NCBI GenBank assembly: GCA_015231405.1
Contig: JADGBR010000005.1
Span: 40,034 to 104,033, forward strand
Length of the DNA: 64,000 nucleotides
Direction: 5' to 3'
Origin: Candidatus Omnitrophota bacterium
Lineage (GTDB): Bacteria; Omnitrophota; Gorgyraeia; Tantalellales; Tantalellaceae
Part shown: positions 21,301 to 24,728 of the stretch, one piece after another
Position numbering within the stretch: the stretch's first letter is position 1
How the letters are laid out: every line of letters begins with the position of its first letter
Translations under genes and position numbers: made by a program
Notes under the pieces: model-generated
The model's input: the letters and a program-made list of their open reading frames with translations, nothing else
The model's database searches: none
Told to the model about the DNA's origin: nothing

Positions 21301-23106
21301 TTCGAACCATGAAAAGTATTCCGCGCTTTCGGCTTTGCCGGTCACCCTTATCTTTTCGGCCTGGCACCTTGCGAGTTCCAGAACGGCTGTGATCATTATT
21401 TCGGGGTTTTCGTGCAGGGAGAGCCCTTTCAATTCTTCGTCGTAGACCGTCCTTTCCCCGGCCCTTATATGCGCCCTGTCTATCATCCCGGCCGCCTTTA
21501 TTGCCCAATTGGCTATGTGGACGACCCGAGACGTCATGTATGCTGCCAGTTTTATATAGATCTCGTCCTTGTTCCTGCCGTTCTGTATTAGCGCCGAGTT
21601 TACCGCGGCGAACATGATAAAAAGCTTTTCGAGGTGCGCGAGCGAGTCGTCATCGGCTTTTTCCACATGTTTACGTACCATTTCAGCGAAACGCGGCCCG
21701 ATATTCCTTGAATATACCGGTTCACCTCCTTTATTGACGCTCTCGATATCCATTTTCATCATAGCCGGTATTACCTCGGCCATCTCGTCGGGCCTCATCA
21801 TTTGAAGATCTTCGCTCGCAGCAAGAAGCCTGGCCTCGATCTTTTTGGGAGCAAGCTCAGCCAGCGCCTTCAGGACTTCGGACGCGGGAGCTTTCGGATG
21901 ATCGGCAAGAGTTACGAGCGCTTCTATAAAACGCGCCTTACCAGCGGTCTTTTTATCCTTCGCTTTCAATATAGCTTTGACGGCGCTTTCATTAAGTTCG
22001 TTCCCTCGCCGATGCTCGGGGTTATCACTTATCTCCGCGTTGACGCTTGCGAGTAAAATATCCGGGAGCATCAGTTTCTCCGATACCTCATTAATTATCC
22101 CGATAGCCTCGACTGCAAGTTCCCTTACCCAAGCTCCGTCACCGCCACGGCCTTCGCCCCCCGCATAAGCCCATTTATAAAGATCAAGAGACAACGGCTC
22201 ACGGCCGTTCTCTATCAGCTTCGCGTCTATTTCGGCGAGCACCTTGAATATTTCGTTGAAACAATAATACCCCTCGAAGAATTTGTCCGGATTATACAGA
22301 TCCCTGATATATTCCCCGACCATCTTCTGCATTTCTATAACGCCAACCGGATCGCGTTCCGTCTCGATCAAGGCATAGTTTATTTTTTTAAGTGTCTCAA
22401 TGGCCATCGATCTCACCGTATCAACGTCCGTTAGCTTTTCCACAAAAATATCGAGAGACACATCCTCTTTTTTTCTTATGAGCGCCGCTACCATAAGGCC
22501 GAGGTCCCTTACTCCGTTAAAACGCACATCGCTGGAAGGATCGTAAAGATTAAGCCATTTTTTGTATAAAGTCTCTCTAACTCCAGAAATGAGACGGGGC
22601 ATAGCACCGTTATCCGCTTCAAGAGGCTCGGACAGTGATACTGCATCACCCGATACGGGCGCTCCGACACTTTTCCCTTTGGGCCGTATGGTAATATTTT
22701 CGCCGTTAGGGCTAATGACCACCTCGTGCCACCTGAGCGGATCTCTATGTTCAACGTCCAGTTTTGAGTAGATCGCAATGGGTATTACGAGGGAATCATC
22801 AGTGTCATATCTCTTTGCATCCCAATGAAAACCAACCACTTCGGATCTATTTGGAGCGATCTCAGGGTCGAACCCTTTCCGCCCTGCGAGCCCTTCCAAT
22901 TTCCTGCCATCCATGAATTCAAGTATCTTACCGACGACGAAAACATAGCTTTCCTCGCTGGGATCGTCGAAATTAGTCCAAACGGCAAGGGAATTTACCT
23001 CATTCCTATTTTTCAACACCCCCGGATCCGCCCAAACAATATCCTCAGCCACGAAAGTGACGAGTACTATTGAGGATATGATCTTAACTATAAGTTTTTT
23101 CATCAT
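376..23106 (-). CDS. giant (7576 aa) secreted/multi-pass membrane multidomain protein (mosaic of hydrolase, protease and phosphatase domains)
   Basis: Uninterrupted 22.7-kb ORF; N-terminal signal peptide MMKKLIVKIISSIVLVTFVAEDIVWA; multiple recognisable enzyme motifs (see domain features); many plus-strand ORFs inside are antisense artefacts. Confidence 0.85.
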   Translation of the reverse strand: MMKKLIVKIISSIVLVTFVAEDIVWADPGVLKNRNEVNSLAVWTNFDDPSEESYVFVVGKILEFMDGRKLEGLAGRKGFDPEIAPNRSEVVGFHWDAKRYDTDDSLVIPIAIYSKLDVEHRDPLRWHEVVISPNGENITIRPKGKSVGAPVSGDAVSLSEPLEADNGAMPRLISGVRETLYKKWLNLYDPSSDVRFNGVRDLGLMVAALIRKKEDVSLDIFVEKLTDVDTVRSMAIETLKKINYALIETERDPVGVIEMQKMVGEYIRDLYNPDKFFEGYYCFNEIFKVLAEIDAKLIENGREPLSLDLYKWAYAGGEGRGGDGAWVRELAVEAIGIINEVSEKLMLPDILLASVNAEISDNPEHRRGNELNESAVKAILKAKDKKTAGKARFIEALVTLADHPKAPASEVLKALAELAPKKIEARLLAASEDLQMMRPDEMAEVIPAMMKMDIESVNKGGEPVYSRNIGPRFAEMVRKHVEKADDDSLAHLEKLFIMFAAVNSALIQNGRNKDEIYIKLAAYMTSRVVHIANWAIKAAGMIDRAHIRAGERTVYDEELKGLSLHENPEIMITAVLELARCQAEKIRVTGKAESAEYFSWFEKNLETEDAKYRGWMAENYKIRLKESAWISGLFSMNKALIEQGLPERVGSFYKALENMRGEHPNRGDFYDSLSELCADLLEKGKRPLHLLAPEYEYEKDFSYRGNGRLMARVIGAEGFSFGDAGAKVVKFFIKHGLPMDDRILMEKCLEYASADEYLRGLEAKAWKAMNDGFDIKNDSDNFYAYLGAKLAGVSMTKGEYDTHMAPVRDITYGAPDGSNFKDIFNKRNKLKPLEVGASGVRELNTSEVSSRTIETHVSRLMDLKRKVDDLSILSEYFPGHKRLSVRNLYYLFKYEEAGKIQGDGKRAYVTEAMKSRSEEDMREELMANKEFVYRAAYELAARRIVDPALKDKCLVVMRDVVIAAVLERPGILDMITRGQGEDISEKMQYLKVLYEDNARDALETLGNGLGGGAEVKAELLALSEVFYKEYEKAKFVDTVVKHTFDLIPVGFLGTFQGRAGIDDCSFDMDKGLGFMRAYQEDALGYFVYRKGQLVGWIGLVWGKNDKGEKVLTVDTIESPVFDGEELILNFLKEMHKYALAEGGIGIAMPRDLWNSYNFSNHNTIGNSRPYREGDSIKITPLHGDSWNYFTKKFGRVGTDKFISHSMDSGEFVLLNMDEDPPQNFSAYADGKRKARRLLEEKKDWMHEAGHILEVLDRKEDQFWWQFMEWGVTLKTITQPKLGIKGFLNGYKDLGYASRWSLGFHSGHQNYMGDILPYSSYLLEGIESLSGVRWVLENMKKVPWNMMDERDRINRDLEILGFMEGILEALEKTADPEEAEETSETFEGGITRDEMLERLITLEDHELESPEVYQGTILATVEIEHRQEVYVLSVGHGAKVGQKVKASFHGREICGEIVKYVHSKNKDLSLIKLYPENPIRHFDILPIAGTDELPYTSEPGETERGDAVVVLAEYEEAARDIARAAKTIRAVDTEAEITRWVGDRHETIIIYNPACNRWGSCGVPVYVRGKLIGVFNSGDDEQDGVGLGYAGTSDAVTEFLSATEYAEVDTSLAGEAQKERDLAKFRECAHLVTFRDLMREGRDGRCEEPMYSDDQVERVKAILGKNNIKESDAYRSVLSAPGIDHRVKLELHDILIDEYIAGFYAAGAEAAGKRHFRYDDRETLSKIKDFFTDVLGRADIWGILLGYIEEGKVNVLEADHGLPPLFDAHASATYGINISASCRDDRRGAAIVHEAMSLAGSTDDAFNLRVEAAYAAGHTEGNAEIMGIKNELSEKGLTSGEGYAPGNATRDTRRERMAARYEELLKPYDDVKAEARRRRYPGEKEMYAPEVETGANAAEKYLKGLLRGGSEKRFIVVTSPLVRAQMEKWVFPGKDELLSRAMDVEDVNFRHIDKERFGEGSYFDKAEEIAKGSYPGTEGSGHNYPELVVGIGLGSVTDWAKLIGKKFSADVVIIPSALSTNAPFTGNAIIRDEDRDGGNYTLYSAATYAPRKVVVDPDFISLNPRGNTAGAGGLMSGWVALNDWRLALSEGEREDEAVRRKTEELLRDLVKSAPAIRSGGKEGLKAITYLNARSAALITEFGSERPRTGSEHILAETLEKLTRGRKILHGEMIGITTLIMSYIYTRMRSDVIQPEDLFAIARNAGVETDLGKIGLTREDLITALEGTRPKKGWYSFFDLTKVERKTAEEIVNKLFPDMSEGEKEVEGYLAPGHSITPDEFENALLVIFGVEEDQITRGTARYLEEEYPYTMFQSENNNKGPVYFRAGEIFAVNYGLKPWDENEKAMGKGSGGKMPGMRRKELLDRLLARYPYAIRMFEEATKYGEGGWWPYTYHPRTPEGYYYLAGAVGQLIALQANREIIRGRTYIDALSRNGIMANAALLLGAKDVVVIENDRQDIDTKNVSSPADSTVLPATMDLIGLNLALNGNGNKARVYYASVRHITEETFNEAVLSYSLRHFAMGYYDASTTEIVEAMRSDPKFFFGDWVPESERGKGLLASKRESLIKDIREKFSGIRWIIASGGSEPDSLGDIGETRKLIHDAFTLGMKAEGMVDIRHGWGYSYAKHGWEHINIYPTLVFRVADTDKLVDRPEADVEWLAHSKSEREAFFSKDQDVLLGRIRLRGMLGGLLRKVHKDDIDIEELSSALNSGSEWVFSEVLEELSEALYAPETLYPLPPYDELNYEANYNLATVLANTFPGHVVALARADVKDLGGNRHGRYMVKIDDDICIDLVYGEIEPEYKDRVLVISKKDLGPERDRIVAVFKPGNVENTVASSRSPVIGPTLIMLGIIVLSSAISAFCMVVPGGPAVICSAMANYLPQVSIALIAGAVLWIQRGGKTSEAPRPKRKNVDPGVIDAERVLDECEKIAPVFFEAFRKIYPADPGSCEGGAYTMAHVLAGRLGLAMDGVSPNRVEMEMVLRPGTGELPESRKKGTGHVVTVVWLGGKKAVFIDMTHGQFDPKYFNKMVSGRYDDSMKYLGLMNIAEGDDHFKNTAPAAGHTGDRAARDIAFARKTGVGGYMGYSGLPEQNWGIFTSDRRKRNCAVCETTEEKTKSLPGRILSAIEKTAPIPGEARNARGPVIGPMMIGMVFMVWLKKLADRSARAKHKKNRHGYGMSLRGFFINAVVTAVELGSFVLAVIQLKKWLASEKREKPPVIRTGGSFRRGGVTRLDLLNGIVLTVILTVALSLSYNYSPELFEKAAIGIGFILTAFPAAGLIMRMRDDPDSAVRVLRKLKPAAIPALALLMVPNTYLLVMGIGAIGFLMAWVIMSSYLGKNSLAGYIPGKIKRSSAIPFFHKVYGIEHQDGPLPTGGGYILDQLDTGVSIPGANAAMTGKASGQTGWDSEKLPGSVKYDGKQKVMTEISWMWYPEDRGENGPGYVVQLMLADSLDADHIPGTPLRYDIELAPYLFHGEFTRPVNAGSIELSFDELGRVLFGGTGWSASLLDGIEKAYPWLLSLLSEGCKAMAAKPVMPPVVIDPAVIDREVEAYVNGITGDGKMPTAEEFELALNLIFGLKNWETERGSVLYNGERYAFTRCSGTTRAEGPVYFRAGDMFVLNAAARSGSREPLVDLLLSKYRNVVKLYEEIAPEGHYGWFPYKAGKYISGRSYYLDSTIGQLIAMQAERKNIEGHTFIDAFSRNAVIGNAAFLLGASDVVCIENDPQAVDTRELGTRRSDKDFPQKTDLVTANLIINGNLERSRIYNTTIRNVPEREYKNAILAFSFEKFGYGYLETSYSEYLAAEKEQPERLRKYGDWLDETPRGKAIMATKRESLIGDIRRTFPGVNVIIASGGVEARKIDNYGITNKIIREAASLGMKLRELLEMNIDDEIWDDGSLIERKQQLVMPTLVFRPMTFNEKWAYSLETAKREWRDLLAIIGFLPKHKNTAWKDSKWGYLRDRVTRPLALIGVWAAMGLTVSAGIYVSSFGFILGYWAGLAIVMGGTYASVRFARYYVNTRGHAIYDTLAALMPGLFSPLMMEDETGAAADPRVPVEELISRIKRAFDAGEDWRRKAEAIELTLKRLAGDGEGQGQAAREWDKKHREFVRLTRALSPILNGDIKGSGRVIYVDDFSEWRYVMAGFNGGEGAVFLGCSFSPVQMMAMLSMLESRTKGIEGDGHYLTLKDKLIIAAVMGYPMAAFVYRPVDNGHIVYHEAIEAAITARGERMDVTEGYTSESVSVAEISRIVNGSDDAREETKELKESFIAYMSALRAYPGDNLNSEFFSWLAAVARYPDAEEHIKAYKPTSDAEAKFLAEREKNDIGRRMDEATRRFVAAVVKYPELRELIRDYYAKLINDVPEMADLLAVPAIFGRVVASEIKMEDVLCMAMMELLRRKYDAYTETTIKAVMEKYDGNTAAETIYSFLSFIWGVKSEKLIDLGHSDGVEYTHINVEDASAAMELIGEKFRDELREIVIRAADYIDTESLGTHLDRILLVVLEFAVSLSNGAPEALLSKLEDSSVAFSPSLFGKEWRGVIWKKAYRDALTGYGWNSYAVMKEFMRGDTQYELFIGKTIGDVVDDLASSNDDARSFAALEALEQKFMDLAETRQMRGIGELPESTYSLESMLIPAETSMKLAGALKKCILSEAHPFVSRTAMRLYYSIEEIQMPDKDKMFMALCRRVLPGIKDAPGRCRAARNIAEGCPGHYALYDDFINVLLGVVSRGRKIERGLNELAQNLRGRGARLLPAEKALAEFVITGVDLADLDGKASDENVTARELIALVVEAHKNGHDWRTAALRIEDELKRLAGTTPSAGGRKKRITEKYRDFAKLARDAIPILSGDKTPGSGGMAEGGGTDILTVQRFIGEGDMVSLAAQITRGMQGLPDAAARIEIDAIVRKLSRDLGEKLRAELIPYGGTPGSHEGRLALLALERLDHVVYIGDNSALDLSMKVKGGAVREPVKGGAYDKDIIRAKLAEISASSGLNITKDISSKDEAMEAVFGDDGTIYDFLKTATLCRNACPYDLTRYDTRPPLQFALEEGLYIRIGKDLFMTPVSESFRRHIVFTRNGDGTIGSAFEALIPGDNPARLDTACDKRSGIIDRIRGIYPLRGYIVPWKQKIYLTPGTYELYGVPLEFPESEIKNRGLVLYDYEEDGKRLSNVTPEAIAAIAARFGVTVRRVEEEIFSQLAEITAAIHNIKLLAHWVDKDGATQNEYGLHNFRLIVTERGIRLTLPGDVTSFQALGLIRSLASGEARFTDVKQLIPSDKRTVPPLARFIRALLPGEQQGIFLERYKEFNRTAELIREVSSIRSPWVFRDILTTKEIVILSADEKVTVFRYPLDGRGGYAVGIRNMSDSTIEGITPVELHTMGIDPGKEFELFDRSSYDVIKFMPGINVFSKGDALGRPEGSIYYKLAPREVHVFEIWPERGVLTEPAKTGTVSAGSPALKVEDVRVKVLGAGSNPGLSMPSDIPMDINAVHKVLAEGDNARKIAELARSLRLVCPHYPPIGDERTPLEYALNEGLVVKLGGTDYIKLGLSPLGARGDEFIFYAREMDGRLKFACNIRIPEGDVTKDRIGISEIDIKNDPVTGAYAGEGLYEPADRAQALKDRLARIMGSGKTPVISADIDDTLLKFGADMNDEVLGAVERYVEKGGVLVFNTKGDNEWFYKRFYEIMRGYFAERGKLHLLSNIPVILCGGKQAFIYDVLSDSYKVVFESWGLQKSEGLLRLIDHLGRDKHELLALYGDQLWEYWNDGNAVGTEGIDIIVNVGENRYHGIPGWQNFFNTNFAGPQATLGDIEMFTEQLEGHGVPVLPIDTKDLPGFKRFVFRKGTGYGSRWNWRSGREGASYQDSWPDHEGIDFYEYQNEAGETNPVKVGTSVRAVLPGRVFIGQKSAGTSFNSVVIDHGKGKVSLYRHVYSKLNSGEEVKQGDIIGEIASEACPHLHFEILEGIDLSSSAIWEWAQKNFDKTRTETEGLLAGGFDINEIIRFEYYERYREDLSINPFTVFSQLKEVASVADDDTITQAPSPKLHLSVVALAKADAPCLAGRQACPPEDTEYYDPFTDGHQIWAYEGIPAGIAVSGPNPEKLPKGFVWSGTLLPDEKSWANVHYTAIRELPDGRWGAPLSEGATIFRIFWTGGDDASGGKTAGHYEPGEPFRVKYIKADIHYYLNKLRGVQPPKPVPSELAARPAVIDARVALAAPEPALESSPFGEFAGEVGYQIMVDRFKKSLGNNKPRDKIPAGHGRIYSIGPVSWDKPWYELTDFEKKWAESHGQHPDSILWTREYGGDLQGVIDELDYLKDMGIGFIYFNPVFWADTHHKYNAKTLHHIDPWFGPDPEGDMRLIETEDPLDPNKWVWTSADKLFMRLISEAHEKGIKVVLDGVFNHTGNQFFALQDIIEKTKRGEPSPFFDWYKWWRNDDGSFGWEGWWGDVDALPELRRDNEGNYPRGYVEYVNNILKRWMIPGTVDGKAARGIDGWRLDVECQLHPKFRKQLYGMMKAIDPEAIVISEPDWGNTYEQMNEGTSDSTMNYPFLWASARLFIDGLKPSTFVRAIEGLAGLYPARLRDTIFNSLGTHDTERIATARLEPNPPKERVDHMAYGDYARVRNHSGYENGQVVLDGSYKLEAGPDEIDAARKVSKQLATYLLTAPGMPVIYYGDEIGLPGDNDPGCRRPMLWEETAAGKPDIELREHYRKMARLRNETPSLKYGSFEIVSADDERRLVVMLRRYKGENAFIFFNTSEVDQDISFLPGEGYAGASITDRVSGLAHNIRDGKLEFKIHAKGSAVFVMKKGKEAPAMNAAEQESATVKTGEIGNIIAIGGSRYGYQALEEIIKRLPADHPPVVAAEHLDHFAKLAGGDFARFIRESGRNIVLADNEYFGDSRTKDIILEKGMAVIAKFVYVLRDSEGWTVARVFRDETDCHQFEEAGAIDVLYSSAAELFRDKVIIIQTSGLGYDGVLGAEKAASAGAEIITQKVDPDGPFAGAGKMPSKVLEAVPGARNLPLEEIAGAVMGLVSEGVGIRAVAYEEVLGDALRLAGVDGVFSDFDGVDRDRDDRVASDDTIQARAGMSMNGVLNFTVTGLPWDDFMIRMGGIERASAIGADTPYRILTNTGADGRLLRKDGRTGDIEGFVRSVIGGDGAVEEVRKAAKKALLETIMAESIDNKRADHIRIKAEKGGVTIYLEDEVDLKPKRFDMARRLRVVIDELKRSGKISSSVEVVTSSGGVDVIAITKGASVMRMIKQFGLKRVVILADSVGTAKDPGNDRSMLALTRDDLRAAGIDWDVDLIKIYTGHEEGAEMPEGVIIAPRMAKESQPAITLYRAVSEAKENAEKKTGIEDLVADCVGDIRKEEELAWSLQSAFMRFTRRVGSEKMLIVAIEDGVTEKGFDKERFEKIVNEWKDSVVKLEGGDVEKKNMRRFLDNIVLTFFTDKADLEVKLDENGVSGKDMEGNYIFVYTGDASNASSYRGMGADVRPVMIRQNEKEKAFYPGYYYPLAEIVALSLNKELLNVDVNTFMAGLEKRGINLEELGIDDISNDPELGFMVFTILPKIERSPGGGKADRFEKFLRFMRSV
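1250..2000 (-). other. domain of the giant protein: HAD-IIB (Cof / sugar-phosphate phosphatase-like) hydrolase
   Basis: GVDGVFSDFDGV (DxDGT-type motif I) ... ADSVGTAKDPGNDRSM (GDxxND motif IV-like). Confidence 0.45.
2740..4480 (-). other. domain of the giant protein: GH13 alpha-amylase-family glycoside hydrolase
   Basis: All four GH13 conserved regions are present: VVLDGVFNHTG (I, DNA 3950-3975), GWRLDVECQ (II), VISEPDWG (III), FNSLGTHDTERI (IV), followed by a MPVIYYGDEIG C-terminal region. Confidence 0.75.
5240..5700 (-). other. domain of the giant protein: M23/LytM-family metallopeptidase
   Basis: DHEGIDFYEY (HxGxD) ... VVIDHGKGKVSLYRHV ... GEIASEACPHLHFEI (HxH); DNA 5258-5330 decodes to GEEVKQGDIIGEIASEACP. 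Confidence 0.65.
5800..6270 (-). other. domain of the giant protein: HAD-like hydrolase
   Basis: GSGKTPVISADIDDTLLKFG corresponds to HAD motif I DxDxT; GSGK is encoded at about 6262. Confidence 0.4.
11080..14600 (-). other. region of the giant protein holding at least 8 predicted transmembrane helices (two clusters)
   Basis: Hydrophobic 20-25-aa stretches such as LIMLGIIVLSSAISAFCMVV, VIGPMMIGMVFMVWL, FINAVVTAVELGSFVLAVI, LLNGIVLTVILTVALSLSY, AAIGIGFILTAFPAAGLIM, ALALLMVPNTYLLVMGIGAIGFLMAWVIM, LALIGVWAAMGLTVSAGIYVSSFGFILGYWAGLAIVM. Confidence 0.55.
14030..14290 (-). other. domain of the giant protein: transglutaminase-like (TGc) cysteine-protease core
   Basis: PGSCEGGAYTMAHVLAGRLGLAMDG ... 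GHVVTVVWLGGKKAVFIDMTHGQFD matches the TGc pattern C..(about 50 aa)..HxWxEVxL..GWxxxDPT. Confidence 0.4.
16240..17400 (-). other. domain of the giant protein: DHQS-like / glycerol-dehydrogenase-like (iron-ADH fold)
   Basis: RFIVVTSPLV...GIGLGSVTDWAKLIG...VVIIPSALSTNAPFTGNAI...HGEMIGITT resembles GldA/DHQS motifs GGGxxxDxAK, PTIASTDAPxS and HGExVA. Confidence 0.45.
18300..18820 (-). other. domain of the giant protein: chymotrypsin-fold protease-like region with Cys at the nucleophile position (3C-like GxCG)
   Basis: GHGAKVG...HGREICGEI (His), KDLSLIKL (like trypsin NDIALLKL, Asp), WGSCGVPVYV (GxCG instead of GDSGGP); the Cys codon tgc lies at about 18427-18429. Confidence 0.3.
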
Positions 23107-23386
23107 TTTTAGGAAGCTGTTAAAAGCATCTTGCTGCTTACTTTATTATTAGTTTACATATTATACTAATAAAGGCTTTAATTTACAACTTTATTGTATC
23201 TTAACAAGTTTGAGCAACCCTTTGATTGTAAAATGATGTAATAGTTCAGTTGTGGGAGCGATAAAGGTACCCCGACGTCATTGCGGGAAGGCCCGCAGGC
23301 CGACGAAGCAATCCCTACAAAAATATCCTAATACTTGCGAATTGAAATATCTATGATATACTCCGAGCAAAAAGATAGCATATCTT
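23107..23386. promoter_or_regulatory. AT-rich divergent intergenic region (likely promoter of the giant gene; left flank of the IS)
   Basis: 280-bp AT-rich non-coding stretch between the minus-strand giant-gene start and the plus-strand transposase start; no clear SD upstream of the giant-gene ATG. Confidence 0.3.
23270..23315. repeat. family D-like palindromic repeat (cgtcattgcg...cgacgaagcaatcc)
   Basis: ccccgacgtcattgcgggaaggcccgcaggccgacgaagcaatccc shares the arms of the 38863 and 42660 elements. Confidence 0.5.
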
Positions 23387-23587
23387 TTGACCGGTTGTAA
23401 GGACTGTAATCAATATGAAAAAGAGCTGAAGGAGTTAAAAGACCGGTATGCATTAATGGAGTATGAGCTAAAAAGCCTTAAATCAGAATTTTTCAAAAGG
23501 TCCCGCAAGAAAAAAGAGATTGATAAAGATCAGCCAAAGCCCCCGCCCAAAAAGTCCGGGAACGACGAAAAAAGATTAATCGAATAG
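23387..23587 (+). CDS. IS66-family transposase, N-terminal coiled-coil/basic fragment (frame-split)
   Basis: YEKELKELKDRYALMEYELKSLKSEFFKRSRKKKE...PPKKSGNDEKR resembles the leucine-zipper plus basic region of IS66 TnpC. Confidence 0.5.
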   Translation: MTGCKDCNQYEKELKELKDRYALMEYELKSLKSEFFKRSRKKKEIDKDQPKPPPKKSGNDEKRLIE

Positions 23588-23592
23588 TCGAA

Positions 23593-24603
23593 GTGCGTCC
23601 TTCAAAATGTCCCTACTGTGGAGGTACGGATATTACTGAACGCCAAGACACTAAAGATCATTATCAAAAAGACATTATTTTGCCTGAAGCGCAAGCCACC
23701 TTGTTCCGGAAACACAGATATTACTGCAATAGCTGCAGAAAGACGGTTATGGGAAAAGATGCCGATGAAATACCCAAAAGCAAAATAGGTCCGGTAGCCA
23801 AATCGTGGGCGACATTCCTAAAATACGGGATCAAGATATCGGATAGGGACGTCGCGAATATCCTTAAGATGCTAAGTTTAAAGGTAGTTCCCTCGTCGAT
23901 AGTCGGGTTCAGAGCTCAACTGAAGAAAGAGGCTTTGCCGATATACGAATTGTTAATAGCCTCATTGAAACGCGGCAAATTCATACATTTCGATGAAACC
24001 GGCGCAAAGATAAATGGAGAGGATGCGTGGTGTTGGAAGGCATCGAACAAGACGGTATGTATAACGCATACTGACCGGAGCCGAGGGCAAAGAGTCGTGG
24101 AAGAGATCCTTGGTCCGGAGTATGATGGCGTGCTGATAAGCGACTTTTTATCGGCGTATAACAAGATCAAAACGAAGGCCAAGCAGAAGTGTCTTGTACA
24201 TATTCTCAGGGATCTCAAGAAAGTGCTTGAATACTGGCGGGAAGAGGACGATGAGGTCATTAGGTATTGCGGTAGATTGAAAAGCATATTTGAGAACGCT
24301 ATTAAGCTGTATAAGGAATATCTGGACAAGAAGTGGGATAGAAAGTATTACACCAGGCGCAGGCTGATAACCGAGAGTCTTAAAGATTTCGCGTTCCCGA
24401 ACCCGGATAAGAAAATATTAAATAGATTCGCTAAAAGACTGGAAAAACACAATGTTAAGAAACTGGTTTATTATGAAATAGCGGACAGCATCGAAGACGC
24501 GATTGAGAGAGAAAAACAGATCAAAGCCGGTTCCCGCAAGAAGAAGATAGCTCTTATTGAATCGATGAACCCTACCTATAAAGACCTGTATTTTGAAATT
24601 TAG
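23593..24603 (+). CDS. IS66-family transposase core (zinc finger + DDE) fused to a GIY-YIG-like (UPF0213-type) C-terminal tail
   Basis: CPYCGG...CNSC zinc finger; IHFDETGAKI, VLISDFLSAY and CLVHILRDLKKVLE resemble IS66 DDE motifs; the C-terminus RFAKRLEKHNVKKLVYYEIADSIEDAIEREKQIKAGSRKKKIALIES matches the conserved GIY-YIG tail ...RRLxEHN...LVYYEEF..xEAxxREKQIKxxSRxKKxxLI. Confidence 0.55.
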   Translation: MRPSKCPYCGGTDITERQDTKDHYQKDIILPEAQATLFRKHRYYCNSCRKTVMGKDADEIPKSKIGPVAKSWATFLKYGIKISDRDVANILKMLSLKVVPSSIVGFRAQLKKEALPIYELLIASLKRGKFIHFDETGAKINGEDAWCWKASNKTVCITHTDRSRGQRVVEEILGPEYDGVLISDFLSAYNKIKTKAKQKCLVHILRDLKKVLEYWREEDDEVIRYCGRLKSIFENAIKLYKEYLDKKWDRKYYTRRRLITESLKDFAFPNPDKKILNRFAKRLEKHNVKKLVYYEIADSIEDAIEREKQIKAGSRKKKIALIESMNPTYKDLYFEI

Positions 24604-24613
24604 GTTATTTGTT

Positions 24614-24649
24614 GAGATCGCTTCGTCGCTTCGCTCCTCGCGATGACGG
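24614..24649. repeat. family D-like half element
   Basis: gagatcgcttcgtcgcttcgctcctcgcgatgacgg is the reverse-complement arm type of the family D element. Confidence 0.45.
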
Positions 24650-24728
24650 TGTTGCGTTCCATAACTGAACTATTACAAGAAAAGACAGGATTCACATTTC
24701 AAGGGTTGACACAAAGACTTTTTTATAT

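Larger units (their letters stand above)
23387..24603 (+). mobile_element. IS66-family insertion sequence remnant (split transposase; terminal inverted repeats not resolved)
   Basis: Two consecutive ORFs read as an IS66 TnpC-like protein (leucine zipper, zf-IS66, DDE); a frame change sits at the run gacgaaaaaag (23565-23575). Confidence 0.55.

Noticed and set aside
23593-24603. Possibility that the transposase belongs to a DGR or retroelement system that diversifies the giant proteins
   Set aside because: No reverse-transcriptase motifs (YxDD), no template/variable repeat pair; the ORF has IS66-type zinc-finger and DDE motifs only.
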